Virus record (IMG/VR): IMGVR_UViG_3300035703_000055
Span: 1 to 64,000 of that record
Source of the DNA: a virus
Reading direction: 5' to 3' (one strand)
DNA: 64,000 nucleotides
Shown here: in pieces, positions 1 to 8,811 of the stretch
Layout: each line of letters starts with the position of its first letter
How positions within the stretch are numbered: position 1 is the stretch's first letter
The notes under the pieces: model-generated
The model's input: only the letters and a program-made list of their open reading frames with translations
Databases searched by the model: none
What the model was told of the DNA's origin: nothing
Program-made: the position numbers and the translations under genes

Positions 1-34
1 TGAACAGCGGTCACTGTCCCGATTACTGCCAACT

Positions 35-238
35 TCATTGTGGTGCTTTCTCAGCGGTCATTCGCTGCTTTAGTGCTTCCTGCATTCCCTGCAGGTCATA
101 GGGGTTGATGGATTCGAACTCTTTGGCTGCGCCCCAGGCGTAGGCCTTCCACCCAGGAGTCCTGGCCAGTTGAACCAGGTGCTCCAGGATGGCGTCTGCA
201 TGGCTCAGATTCTTTCCAGCCATGCTGTGCTTGCCCAC
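35..238 (-). CDS. hypothetical phage protein
   Basis: 67-aa ORF in the leftward gene run, overlapping the upstream ORF; no recognisable motif. Confidence 0.55.
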   Translation of the reverse strand: MGKHSMAGKNLSHADAILEHLVQLARTPGWKAYAWGAAKEFESINPYDLQGMQEALKQRMTAEKAPQ

Positions 239-513
239 TCGCGCTCCTGGCGGCCAGAGGCTGAGCTGACGTGCTTGCCCGTGGGCTTTGCGTGGCCGTC
301 ACGCTCGAGCTCTGGCAGGCGCCGGCACACAGCAACGCCGTCGATGCCGGTGTGCTTGGCGATGCCGTCCTTGCCGAGTGGGCCCACGGTGCTCAGGCAC
401 AGCAAGATCGCGTTTGCGTGGTGCTTGGCGAGCTCCTTGGCCGAGTCGGCGGCCATGAAGCTGGTGATGGGGTCCGATGCGCGGACGCGGGGATGATCGT
501 CGCGAAGGTGCAT
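205..513 (-). CDS. winged-HTH DNA-binding protein
   Basis: N-terminal R-x-SDP-x-TS-x-x-AA motif common in phage HTH proteins, then GPLGKDGIA..VAVCRRLPELERDG helix-turn-helix and wing. Confidence 0.65.
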   Translation of the reverse strand: MHLRDDHPRVRASDPITSFMAADSAKELAKHHANAILLCLSTVGPLGKDGIAKHTGIDGVAVCRRLPELERDGHAKPTGKHVSSASGRQEREWASTAWLERI

Positions 514-522
514 GATGATTCC

Positions 523-816
523 TTAAACGTACTGCTTTGCGATCCAGCCGATGGCAAGGCAAAGCCACGGTTGCAGAACCGCCATTGCGATTGACTTCCA
601 GCCCTTATCGTCTGGGCCTTTGCGGTGTCCGCGCATCGCCGACATGGTCACGGAGATACCGATGGCCGCGGCGATACCGATCGCCGGCAGGCCGAGCGGG
701 ACAATGAACCAACCCCACAGAACGCTGATCGCCCAGGCCTGCTGGATGACCAGCAAGCCAATAAGCGCAATAGCGAACGGGGTGGCGATGATGGTGGTGG
801 CGATTGAATTTTTCAT
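523..816 (-). CDS. small membrane protein
   Basis: three hydrophobic segments; ATGA overlap with the exonuclease stop. Confidence 0.65.
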   Translation of the reverse strand: MKNSIATTIIATPFAIALIGLLVIQQAWAISVLWGWFIVPLGLPAIGIAAAIGISVTMSAMRGHRKGPDDKGWKSIAMAVLQPWLCLAIGWIAKQYV

Positions 817-1457
817 GCTGCTTTTTGTGTTGCGAGTTGCTGAATTTCCTTGACGGTCACTGCGACCTCAGCCAGGAACTTGGACACGCCGGCGTCGAGC
901 TCGGCGATGATGCTGTCGTCCCAGTGGACGCGGGTAATGTGCGTTTGCAGGGATTCGGGCATGTCTTCGCAGTAGGAGACAAAGTCATTCCACTTGCGGT
1001 TGGCAATCCACATCTCGCCGTAGACCTGCCACTTGTACTCAGCCGGCGGCTTGCCATCGAGCTGCAGGTAGTCCCAGTGAATGGAAGGGATAGGGCACTT
1101 GAATTCGACCATCCCCTCGGTGCCGATCAGGCCGTCAGGCGACACGCCGCAGCTGAGGAAGTTGTGCTTGATGAAAGGCACTTCCTCGACGATGTGCCCA
1201 GTGATGGACTCGTAGGCCATGCGCGCAAACGGCTCGAGCTCTTTGCCGCGCTCGGTGTGCGCGTTGCCGCTGAACGTGCTCTTGGCCACCTTGCCGGTGA
1301 CGATCTCGAGCGCCAGGCGCATGCGGTAGTTGCGGCGGCCAGTTGCCTCTGCGCCGCCACGGCCGGCGGCCATGACCTCTGCGAAGTGACTGCCTGTGGC
1401 CAGGCCGCGGCGCAGCTCAAACCACTCTGCGCTTCCTTGTTCGATGATGTCGCTCAT
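813..1457 (-). CDS. YqaJ-like / lambda-Exo-type recombination exonuclease
   Basis: EQGSAEWFELRRG, RGKELEP.AR, SPDGL..EFKCP, Y.WQV motifs; ATG at 1457 overlaps the upstream TGA. Confidence 0.92.
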   Translation of the reverse strand: MSDIIEQGSAEWFELRRGLATGSHFAEVMAAGRGGAEATGRRNYRMRLALEIVTGKVAKSTFSGNAHTERGKELEPFARMAYESITGHIVEEVPFIKHNFLSCGVSPDGLIGTEGMVEFKCPIPSIHWDYLQLDGKPPAEYKWQVYGEMWIANRKWNDFVSYCEDMPESLQTHITRVHWDDSIIAELDAGVSKFLAEVAVTVKEIQQLATQKAA

Positions 1458-1744
1458 GCAGCCTCCAGCTGATTGTTGATAGCCTTGACTGGGCAGATTG
1501 TTTTTCCCGAAACGCCGCACTTGCGGTTTTCGGATGGCGCGATCAGGCCTGCAGCAATCAGTTCATTGATGCGCCCGCACACACTTGACAGGCGCATCTC
1601 AACAGCCTCTGCGAGCTCAAGCCGGCTGATGTCTTTTCCGGCCGGCATGCTTTGAATGAAATTCAGCAAAGCCTTCGCTTGCGTGCCGAGCTTCCCGCTG
1701 TCTCGGTGCTCTCGATAGTTTTGAATACTCGTGGTGGCAATCAT
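1454..1744 (-). CDS. winged-HTH protein
   Basis: ISRLELAEAVEMRLSSVCGRINEL helix-turn-helix; ATGA coupled at both ends. Confidence 0.7.
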   Translation of the reverse strand: MIATTSIQNYREHRDSGKLGTQAKALLNFIQSMPAGKDISRLELAEAVEMRLSSVCGRINELIAAGLIAPSENRKCGVSGKTICPVKAINNQLEAA

Positions 1745-2691
1745 GGTTGCGCCCCTTCTTTAACTTCTGCATCGGTTGCGTCAGCTTTACCCTCGAGCGT
1801 CGCCTTGCGTGCATTCACAACCTTCTTGAAGGCGTCGTAGCCATCGCGATCCTTGGCATCGCTCGCAGCCTTAGTTCCGGTGCGCCAGACGGTTGCGAGC
1901 TCATCGACGTTGGCTGCCTTGGTGACCTTCTCGATCCACGCGACGCGATCAAAGATTGGCTTCTCGGACACGATGGGCGCGGTTGTGGGTGCGTGCGCCA
2001 GGCCTTCCTCGCCATCGGTGTTGAGGTGGTGGATGGCCTCATCCAGGCGGTCGGTCTTTGGCCACAGCTTGTATGCGCGCTTAATCACGGTCTTCTTGGC
2101 CATTTCAGACCAGTCGGTGACCCAGGGGCATGAGCGCTTTTTGTCGACCCAGGCTCGCCATGCACTGGAGCGATCGCGAATGGCGTTGACCTCGTCGGCG
2201 CTCATAGCCTCGGTCAGGTAGTCGCCGTCAGCGGTCTTGACCACGACGTACACGCCGACGGCATCGCCCCGATCCTTGCTGAACGGGTCGTAGCGGTGTT
2301 CTGGCGGCTTATCAAAGCCGTTCAGGGCGAAGCTGTCATTGGCATGCACAGCAGCCGCCTTGGCCCATTTGATCGAGCCTGTGGCTGTTGCCAGATCCAG
2401 CAGGCCCATGTAGCTCAGGTCCAGGCAGATCTTGCCGTCGCGCGGCACCAGGTACGCCTGCTTCTTTGCCGGGTTCAGTGAGATGCCGATGGCCGCAATG
2501 TTGGTCACCGCGTTGATGACCGACTGTCGATTGCCCTGGGCGATCTTGATGGCGTAGTCGTTTTGTGACAGCACCTGAATGGCAAACTCGGCCTCGCGGT
2601 CAAAATTGATGTTGCGATCAGCCAGCACCGACTCGAATGCGTCGCGGCTGGCGTAGATGTCGCCAGTGATGAGTGCAAGTGCGTTGCTCAT
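1741..2691 (-). CDS. recT: RecT-family single-strand annealing recombinase
   Basis: GISLNPAKKQAYLVPR, SYMGLLDLA, PWVTDWSEMAKKTVIKRA motifs; close to the YqaJ exonuclease. Confidence 0.92.
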   Translation of the reverse strand: MSNALALITGDIYASRDAFESVLADRNINFDREAEFAIQVLSQNDYAIKIAQGNRQSVINAVTNIAAIGISLNPAKKQAYLVPRDGKICLDLSYMGLLDLATATGSIKWAKAAAVHANDSFALNGFDKPPEHRYDPFSKDRGDAVGVYVVVKTADGDYLTEAMSADEVNAIRDRSSAWRAWVDKKRSCPWVTDWSEMAKKTVIKRAYKLWPKTDRLDEAIHHLNTDGEEGLAHAPTTAPIVSEKPIFDRVAWIEKVTKAANVDELATVWRTGTKAASDAKDRDGYDAFKKVVNARKATLEGKADATDAEVKEGAQP

Positions 2692-2936
2692 AAAACTCTC
2701 CAGGATTTTTTTGCGTTCTTGGCGCGTTGGATTGATTCCGTGCGATCTGCGACCAGCCTTTTGAGCGCGGCCAAATCTGTGTGGCGGCTTCCGTCGTACT
2801 TGCTTTCCCTCCAGTAGCGCATGTCGTTTGTGTCGAGGTAAGTCCAGCCGGGTGCAAAAACGCTGAGCTTGCGCATGCCAAAGCGGCTATCTCCAAACTG
2901 GCAAAAGTGCGGCTTGAATGGGTTGTAGAGCTTCAT
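2688..2936 (-). CDS. hypothetical protein
   Basis: 82 aa, ATGA coupled on both sides. Confidence 0.65.
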   Translation of the reverse strand: MKLYNPFKPHFCQFGDSRFGMRKLSVFAPGWTYLDTNDMRYWRESKYDGSRHTDLAALKRLVADRTESIQRAKNAKKSWRVL

Positions 2937-4105
2937 GCGGCCACCTTTGCGCTCAGTGTTTCGGCGGCGCGCTGGATGTACTCCTCGGCCTCTTCGGGAT
3001 CGATCTCAAAGGCCTCGGCGACAACGGCAACGACGCGTGATGCGAATGCCAGGGCCTCGTCTTCACGGGCTGCGCGCTCGGCTTCCTGCTTGGCCAACTG
3101 AGCGGCGCGCTCTTCCTGGTCGCGCTTGGCTTTCTCTGCGGCCGCAGCTGCAGCTTGTTCGGCCTGGGCCTTGGCTACGGCTGCCAGCTCTTCGTCGAGC
3201 TTGCGGCGCTGGTCGTCGAGCAGAGCCTGTGCAGCTGCCTTCTCTTCTTCGAACGCGTCGCGCTGCTGGGCCATGAATGCCTCGCGCTCAGCGGCTTCCC
3301 GCTTGGACTTGGCGTTGGCTTCGTCGATGGCGCGCTGGGCTGCGGCGGCCACCTCAGCGGCAGCGCGGGCATTGGCTTCTTGCAGCTCGCGCACTTGGCG
3401 GGCCAGCTCTGCGGCCTGGGCAGCTTGCTCGGCGGCAACGCGCTCGAGCTCGGCGCGCTCAGCGGCCATGCGCGCAGCCTCAGCCTCAACGGCATCCGCG
3501 GCGGTGCGCAGCTCTGCCAGCTTGGCGAGCGAGTCAACCTTGGCCTGCTCGGCGTGGGGCGCAAACTCTTCGTACGAGCCGTCGATCTCCAGCAGGCGCA
3601 GGCTGTCAATTGCCTCTGTCAGCTGAGCGGATGTTGCGCGCAGCAAGTTGCCGGGAATGGCGCGAATGCTGTCAACGGCGGCGCGGATGTTGTTGACGCG
3701 ACGCTCTTCGGCCTCGGCCTTTTCTTTGCGGATGCGCTCTTGCTCGGCGTCCCATGCGTCACGCACGGCGAACAGGCGGGTCTCTTCTGCCTGCGTGATG
3801 GCGATCAAGCGCTTCTCTTCGGCGATCACGGCCTTTGAGAACTTGGTCGCGTCATCGCGTGCAGCCTTGGCTGTCTTCTCGATGGTTGTGCGGGCGCGCT
3901 GCAGCTCCATGGCGGCGTTGTGAGCCTGCTCTCGGCCGGCTTTGTCTTTGACCAGCGTGATGGTCTGGTGCTTTGTCGCGAGAGCCAGGAGGTGCTCTTC
4001 GGTCTTAGTGCTCGCAAGGGCGAGGGCGGCGCGTTGCTCGACTGGCACGAGTGCTGTCTGAACGTCGGAATCCGCAATGTCTGCGGGGGTGAGGTCTTCA
4101 ATCAC
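2933..4105 (-). CDS. long coiled-coil protein upstream of recT
   Basis: Ala/Glu/Arg-rich heptads; likely GTG start at 4105 behind an AGGAG RBS (the ORF-track start at 4288 runs through the promoter). Confidence 0.75.
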   Translation of the reverse strand: MIEDLTPADIADSDVQTALVPVEQRAALALASTKTEEHLLALATKHQTITLVKDKAGREQAHNAAMELQRARTTIEKTAKAARDDATKFSKAVIAEEKRLIAITQAEETRLFAVRDAWDAEQERIRKEKAEAEERRVNNIRAAVDSIRAIPGNLLRATSAQLTEAIDSLRLLEIDGSYEEFAPHAEQAKVDSLAKLAELRTAADAVEAEAARMAAERAELERVAAEQAAQAAELARQVRELQEANARAAAEVAAAAQRAIDEANAKSKREAAEREAFMAQQRDAFEEEKAAAQALLDDQRRKLDEELAAVAKAQAEQAAAAAAEKAKRDQEERAAQLAKQEAERAAREDEALAFASRVVAVVAEAFEIDPEEAEEYIQRAAETLSAKVAA

Positions 4106-4158
4106 GGGGGTAACTCCTGAAGTGCTTGGTTGTTGCGATGCGTCTAAACAGACACCCC

Positions 4159-4188
4159 GATTATGCCAACAAAAGGTTGGCGCGCAAA
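4159..4188 (-). promoter_or_regulatory. leftward promoter with CAAC-N5-GTTG operator in the spacer
   Basis: minus strand TTTGCG-17-CATAAT; palindrome GCCAAC-AAAAG-GTTGGC at 4165-4181; 24 bp identical to 7816-7839. Confidence 0.75.
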
Positions 4189-4208
4189 CAAAAAATAAAG
4201 CCCGACAA

Positions 4209-4403
4209 TTATTGAGGGTTATTTGGCACAAGCTGTGCGATGCGCGCGCGAAGGGCTTTGATTTCGGCGGCGGCCTCGTCGAGCACAAAGGCGGTTTGGT
4301 ACATCACCTCGCGCAGAGGTTGGTCGTAGCTCTGTGCGGCCACGGCCTTGATGGCCCTGGATCGCAGCCGCAAAACGGCGGCAAAGTCGCGCTCTTCGCT
4401 CAT
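4209..4403 (-). CDS. hypothetical protein
   Basis: ATG 4403 (MSEERDF) overlaps the upstream stop; GGGGAG RBS. Confidence 0.6.
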   Translation of the reverse strand: MSEERDFAAVLRLRSRAIKAVAAQSYDQPLREVMYQTAFVLDEAAAEIKALRARIAQLVPNNPQ

Positions 4404-4606
4404 GGGAATTGCTCCCCGCCTAGAGCGAAGTCGACGGCCCGAGCGACCTGGTGGAAGGCGATGACTTCCCTCGAAGCCTGCAGCCATGCTGGCTCGGTCA
4501 TATAGACATCGCATCCACCGGCGTCGGCCGCTACTCGCTTTTCAGCATCAATGCCGCGGATCTCGCACAGCTTGCGTGCTGCGGCTTCGAGTTGCTCGTC
4601 GGTCAT
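4400..4606 (-). CDS. hypothetical protein
   Basis: MTDEQLEAAARKLCEIRG, a common phage small-ORF start; ATGA coupled. Confidence 0.6.
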   Translation of the reverse strand: MTDEQLEAAARKLCEIRGIDAEKRVAADAGGCDVYMTEPAWLQASREVIAFHQVARAVDFALGGEQFP

Positions 4607-5094
4607 GCCTTTTCTCCCCACATCAGGACGCGCCACACGCGGTAGGCGGTGGTACTGCGCCACCAGATCATGGCCAGCGCGGGCAGGTTGAAGCGCTTGA
4701 CCACACCTTGCTGATCGATCGCCACCAAGGTTTGAGCCTCCCAGCCCTGTCCGTTGCGGATCTCAAACCGGAACGCGGGCGAGGATGTGCCGATTCCAAG
4801 ACAGCCTGCCGAGTTCAGAAACATGGTGTCCGGCCCACGGCCAAACGCAGTGTCCAAACTATTGAGGCGGGCGGCGCACAACTCAGCCCACTCTCTGGTG
4901 GTGAACCAATACGGCTCAGACTGGCCAATACTCAGCGCGCCATCGGCACCCAGGCGCATCACTTCGTTGGTTTGGTAGCAAACGGCCCAGCGGTCGCCTC
5001 GCTGCTCCGCGGCCCAGCCTGATTGATAACTGTTTATTGACCAGACGATCGGCGCGTCTTGGTTGTTTTCAGGGTCGTACCACAAGTGGTTCAT
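4603..5094 (-). CDS. hypothetical protein with tail-fibre-like beta repeats
   Basis: NEVMRLGADGALSIG and MFLNSAGCLGIGTSSP resemble repeats in the tail fibre at 38610-40904. Confidence 0.6.
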   Translation of the reverse strand: MNHLWYDPENNQDAPIVWSINSYQSGWAAEQRGDRWAVCYQTNEVMRLGADGALSIGQSEPYWFTTREWAELCAARLNSLDTAFGRGPDTMFLNSAGCLGIGTSSPAFRFEIRNGQGWEAQTLVAIDQQGVVKRFNLPALAMIWWRSTTAYRVWRVLMWGEKA

Positions 5095-5225
5095 TTCAAT
5101 TCCTTAACGCAGGTGCATGTGTATCCCGACGCGTCGTAGCTCGTGCCTCGGCAGTGCTTGCAGTCGGGGTCAACGGTTCGTTTTGGCGGCGCGATGTGGC
5201 GCAGCAGGGTGGTGAGCCATCTCAT
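5091..5225 (-). CDS. 44-aa Cys-rich micro-protein (CxxC..CxC)
   Basis: hand translation MRWLTTLLRHIAPPKRTVDPDCKHCRGTSYDASGYTCTCVKELK; ATGA coupled at both ends. Confidence 0.55.
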   Translation of the reverse strand: MRWLTTLLRHIAPPKRTVDPDCKHCRGTSYDASGYTCTCVKELK

Positions 5226-5650
5226 GCCTGGCCTCTTGCTCGGATCATTGTTGCCAAGCGCTTGGGCCATTGGCTCTGGCTTTCCTTATCGACCTCATCG
5301 CACGCCTTCGCGCATGCCTCACGCTCGGCTGCAACCTCACGCTGCATGTGCGCCATCGTCACCGTGCCAAACTGCGATGGCTGGTTCTCTGGGTCTGTGA
5401 TGGCTTGCATGATTGCTGCAATCTCGCGTCGTGACTCAGACAGCGCATCGCTCAGGATTTCCACCTGCCGGTTGGTGGCTTCGAGCTCTTCGTACAGACT
5501 GCGAAGGCAGTCCGCGGCCTTGCCGTGCAGAGGCCACTGCATTGTTTGCTCCAAGTGTTCGGCAAGGCGCAAAGGCTCCGGCAGTTTGCTTTGACGCAGC
5601 AGCTTCTCTGTTGCGTCTTCGCTTGCGTAAGCGTCAGGTTTCTCGCTCAT
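5222..5650 (-). CDS. hypothetical protein
   Basis: MSEKPDAY start after an AGGAG RBS; C-terminal AEREACAKAC..IRARG motif typical of betaproteobacterial phage accessory genes. Confidence 0.65.
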   Translation of the reverse strand: MSEKPDAYASEDATEKLLRQSKLPEPLRLAEHLEQTMQWPLHGKAADCLRSLYEELEATNRQVEILSDALSESRREIAAIMQAITDPENQPSQFGTVTMAHMQREVAAEREACAKACDEVDKESQSQWPKRLATMIRARGQA

Positions 5651-6339
5651 TGGTTTTTCTCCTTGCACTTGCTCTCGACCATCAAGATGGCCCACTCATT
5701 CACGCCAGCGTTCCAAAGTTCTTTTTTGTCCTTCGCCGTCAGCTCGACCCACTGCCGCTGTGCTGCAGGAGCGGCGTCGTGCGCCGTCTGATCCATCATC
5801 ACAGTGCGGGCAAGTGCCTCGCAGGTTGGGCATGGCTGTGCTGAGGGCGGGGTGGCAAACGCAGGGTGCGGCGTCATTACAAGCGGCGCGCAGGCGTCCC
5901 ATACAGGCCTCTGCACAGGTGCTGCGGGTCGGTTTAGCTCATTGGTGCTGTCAATAGTCATTCGATCAATAAATTGCACAGACGCTGGCTGTGCGGGTGG
6001 CAGGCTGTGATGCTCATGCGGTCCCGGCCCCCAATCCTCTCGCACAGGTGCTGGCTGTGCTGCGGGTGGGGTGGTGAACATGGCTTCGACCTTTGCCTTC
6101 TGGTCGCGCTCACAGTAGATTGACACCGTGTGGTCCTTGTCGATGGCGAGATCGGCCACAACCATCTCGTGACCCCACGCAGTTTTGACGGGGGCTTGAT
6201 GCCACCTCCACACCACAGGCTCCTGCACAGGCGCCGCAAGGGCTTCGCGCTCCAGGCGCTCGTTGCGTGCTCGCAGAAGGCGGTTCTCCTGCTCCAGTTC
6301 CGCGACCAGGAGGTCGAGTTCGCGTTCTTGCTCGTTCAT
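5647..6339 (-). CDS. mosaic hypothetical protein
   Basis: 230 aa with repeated APVQEPV/AQPAPV linkers; RBS present; coupled to neighbours. Confidence 0.65.
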   Translation of the reverse strand: MNEQERELDLLVAELEQENRLLRARNERLEREALAAPVQEPVVWRWHQAPVKTAWGHEMVVADLAIDKDHTVSIYCERDQKAKVEAMFTTPPAAQPAPVREDWGPGPHEHHSLPPAQPASVQFIDRMTIDSTNELNRPAAPVQRPVWDACAPLVMTPHPAFATPPSAQPCPTCEALARTVMMDQTAHDAAPAAQRQWVELTAKDKKELWNAGVNEWAILMVESKCKEKNQ

Positions 6340-6806
6340 GCAGCCTCCTTAACGGCCATTGCCTTTTTCTTCGTTGTAACTACCAGGAGAATGGCGCGCT
6401 CCATCTCCTGGACTGTGCATTCCTCGAGCTGTTGGGTGTGGACCTCCATGCCTTGCTTGACGGCTTGCATCTCCAGGCCAGTAAACAGGAAGCGGCCCGT
6501 GCGTTCGCCGCGGTCGTGCATGGCGTAGGCAGCATCCTTGGCGGCCTCTAATTCAGGCAGCCAGTCGGCGCCCAGCTTTGGATTGATTTTTGGCAGGCAC
6601 ACAGCCATTTCAAACGCCTCACGCATGGTGTGCGAGTAATCGCCGGTGCCGTCGCCCTTGATGATCGCGTCCATTGCTGCCATGTTGGCGAGCTTCAGGC
6701 CAACGCCAGCCTTGGGCACGCTGCCGACTGGCTTGAAGCCAGCCTTGATCCAGCTCATGTTGTCCAGGCGAACGCCCTTGGGTTTGTAGTTCGATTTTTT
6801 TCTCAC
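6336..6806 (-). CDS. hypothetical protein
   Basis: GTG start at 6806 (VRKKSNYKPK) overlapping the GNAT stop. Confidence 0.65.
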   Translation of the reverse strand: MRKKSNYKPKGVRLDNMSWIKAGFKPVGSVPKAGVGLKLANMAAMDAIIKGDGTGDYSHTMREAFEMAVCLPKINPKLGADWLPELEAAKDAAYAMHDRGERTGRFLFTGLEMQAVKQGMEVHTQQLEECTVQEMERAILLVVTTKKKAMAVKEAA

Positions 6807-7231
6807 AGTTTTTTTCTCCAGTAGAGCGAGGTTTTGAGTCCGTATGGCTCGCGCGGCTCGTACATCTTGAAGCCGCACGAGATGAGTGAGTTGGAGGACT
6901 CGGGGTTTTCGGATGTGTCGGACAGCAACCAGAGCCATCCGATTTCTTTGGCCTTGCGTGCGCGCACTCGGATGAGTCGCTTCTGCAGGCCGCGGCCGCG
7001 GTGATGCAGCAGGACGCCGGAGCGAGATAGGTAGCCTGTCTCAGCCCAGCGCATGCTGGCCTTCATGGATGCAAAGGCGGCAGGCTCGCCGGTCTCCGAG
7101 TACGCGATCCACCAGTAGCCGGTGTGTGGCGGCAGCGGTGTGTCACCAGGAAGGCACTCGCGCTGCATTCGGATCAGCAGCGCAGAGACTTCGGGGTCCC
7201 GGGTGTTGACCTGGCGGATTGCGTATCTCAC
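6803..7231 (-). CDS. GNAT-family N-acetyltransferase
   Basis: acetyl-CoA motif A SGVLLHHRGRGLQKRLI and N..S.NSL..CGF motif B. Confidence 0.85.
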   Translation of the reverse strand: MRYAIRQVNTRDPEVSALLIRMQRECLPGDTPLPPHTGYWWIAYSETGEPAAFASMKASMRWAETGYLSRSGVLLHHRGRGLQKRLIRVRARKAKEIGWLWLLSDTSENPESSNSLISCGFKMYEPREPYGLKTSLYWRKKL

Positions 7232-7614
7232 AGCAACCCCGCCCATGGACTTGCAGCAGGCGCCTTGTGCTGGTCACGGCGCTTCGGCAGCCCGGCCTTC
7301 TTGGCCACGTAGCAGATCGAGCCGACCGTGAGGTCAAACTTGTTGCCAATGTCCTTGAAGGCGTAGCCCGCCTTGATCATGGCGACGATGTCGCCATCGC
7401 GTCGCCTCAGGGCATGCTTCTTGTCGAGGGCCTTTGCGCGATCGCCCAGGGCCCATTTCTTTACGGTGCCCCAGATGCCGCCGTCAATCTCGTAGGTGGC
7501 GAATGACTCACCGCAGTGACCGCATCCGCGGCGGCGACGAACAACGGTGCCGCGCATCAGGTTGCGCGTCTCGAGCACATCTGTGTCGAGGTGGCCGCAA
7601 TGCTGGCACCTCAA
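7228..7614 (-). CDS. NrdR-type Zn-ribbon + HTH protein
   Basis: MRCQHCGHLDTDVLETR..RRRRGCGHCGESFATYE matches the NrdR N-terminal zinc ribbon; ATP-cone absent and replaced by an HTH-like tail. Confidence 0.75.
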   Translation of the reverse strand: MRCQHCGHLDTDVLETRNLMRGTVVRRRRGCGHCGESFATYEIDGGIWGTVKKWALGDRAKALDKKHALRRRDGDIVAMIKAGYAFKDIGNKFDLTVGSICYVAKKAGLPKRRDQHKAPAASPWAGLL

Positions 7615-7790
7615 CGCGCATCGGCCTGCTTCGAGCAGACAGCCTCGTGTTGGCAGACGCAGCCAGGTTGGCCGTCAATCAGATCTTCAATTTCATCCTG
7701 GCTGCGGGCGGCAACCGCAAGCGCGCAGATGACAAGGCCCGCGGAAGCGGACAAGAGAATTGCGGGCAAAAGCCATAACCAGTGGATCAC
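7611..7790 (-). CDS. 59-aa membrane micro-protein
   Basis: hand translation VIHWLWLLPAILLSASAGLVICALAVAARSQ..; AGGAGG RBS; first gene after the promoter. Confidence 0.5.
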   Translation of the reverse strand: MIHWLWLLPAILLSASAGLVICALAVAARSQDEIEDLIDGQPGCVCQHEAVCSKQADAR

Positions 7791-7815
7791 GAATCACCTC
7801 CTAAAGTGTTGAGGT

Positions 7816-7845
7816 GATTATGCCAACAAAAGGTTGGCGGCACAA
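7816..7845 (-). promoter_or_regulatory. leftward promoter with CAAC-N5-GTTG operator in the spacer
   Basis: minus strand TTGTGC-17-CATAAT; same 24-bp block as 4159-4182. Confidence 0.75.
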
Positions 7846-7877
7846 CACAAGGTTTGAAAAAAACTTTGTGAGCGCGC

Positions 7878-7902
7878 AAAAGAAAACCCGCCGGAGCGGG
7901 TT
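7878..7902 (-). terminator. intrinsic terminator
   Basis: AACCCGC-TCCG-GCGGGTT hairpin followed by TTCTTTT on the minus strand. Confidence 0.75.
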
Positions 7903-7904
7903 CT

Positions 7905-8535
7905 CAGTCGGCCGACGGTGGGTGACGACCTCGGGTGCTATGCACGGGTTGATGCTGGCTGCCGTCGTCTCACTCTAGGGGGTGTGGCCACTGAAGATCG
8001 TGTCCTCATGCCGGGGGCGAACTGCGCAACCACCATCACGGCTGCGGGCTGCAAGACCAGAATACTCGGCAAACATCCCTCTGGCGAGGTGTGCAAATGA
8101 GCGCCACCAGGGATGGCGCAGCTGCCTTATTTCCAGCCCGCATGCGTGATAGTTGATGGTAAGGGCTTGGGGCGTGCCCCCTGGTTCCCCAGTTATTCCC
8201 CGGCAGTGGGAACTCCGCGCGACCTTCCGGTTTCGGATGCGTTACATCCTCATCAGGCGCCATAAGTGCCGGGACAGATGTTGGCTGCACAGGGGCACAT
8301 TGCCAACCCACGCCCCAAGACCTCACCATCACTTTGCCCGCCCGGCCACTCCGGGACTTCGCGCTGCGGGCAATGAACCCCGGGCAAAGTGATAGTGCTA
8401 GGGATTCCACCCAGCCCCACTTCTCTTTTTCGCCCGCGTGTCCAGGGCTATCTGCTTCGGTAGATTAAGAGCTGCAGCATGCTCCAGGAGTTGTCCGCCG
8501 AAGCGGCCCACATCTACCAGGTGGGTATGTTTCGG
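7905..8535 (-). ncRNA. candidate large structured non-coding RNA / tandem stem-loop units
   Basis: long stems 8035-8051/8134-8150, 8155-8176/8309-8330, 8328-8340/8381-8393; bounded by a promoter at ~8541-8568 and a terminator at 7878-7902; no credible CDS. Confidence 0.55.
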
Positions 8536-8540
8536 CGGAC

Positions 8541-8568
8541 AGTTTATCACAGAATGTTGGCCCTACAA
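8541..8568 (-). promoter_or_regulatory. leftward promoter with degenerate operator
   Basis: minus strand TTGTAG-16-TAAACT with TGn extension; TCAC-AGAAT-GTTG at 8547-8559. Confidence 0.55.
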
Positions 8569-8811
8569 CAATTTCTGCGCCAAGCGGAAAGTTGCACCAA
8601 GCCCGAGGGCCGGGTTATTCACCAGCGTTCCTGCTCCTGCATAACCAAACTCACTGCTGCCGTAGTGAGTTGCAATGACGAGCCCGACGATGAGGCCTTT
8701 CTCGGCGTCCTCGAGCGAGCTCCTTAAGCTCTCAACGATGTTCTGATCAGGCCGCCTTTTTGCGAGGTCGACCACGTTGCTCAGATTTGGGTGAGTGTTG
8801 TACGACAGCAT
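8563..8811 (-). CDS. hypothetical protein downstream of the repressor
   Basis: MLSYNTHPNLSNVVDL.., overlapping the repressor 3' end; the start codon is uncertain. Confidence 0.55.
   Translation of the reverse strand: MLSYNTHPNLSNVVDLAKRRPDQNIVESLRSSLEDAEKGLIVGLVIATHYGSSEFGYAGAGTLVNNPALGLGATFRLAQKLL

Noticed and set aside
4106-4288. N-terminal extension of the 451-aa ORF
   Set aside because: Runs through a promoter/operator and overlaps another gene; the RBS supports GTG at 4105
8036-8410. 124-aa ORF in the structured region
   Set aside because: No motif or convincing RBS; the sequence is better explained by RNA stems
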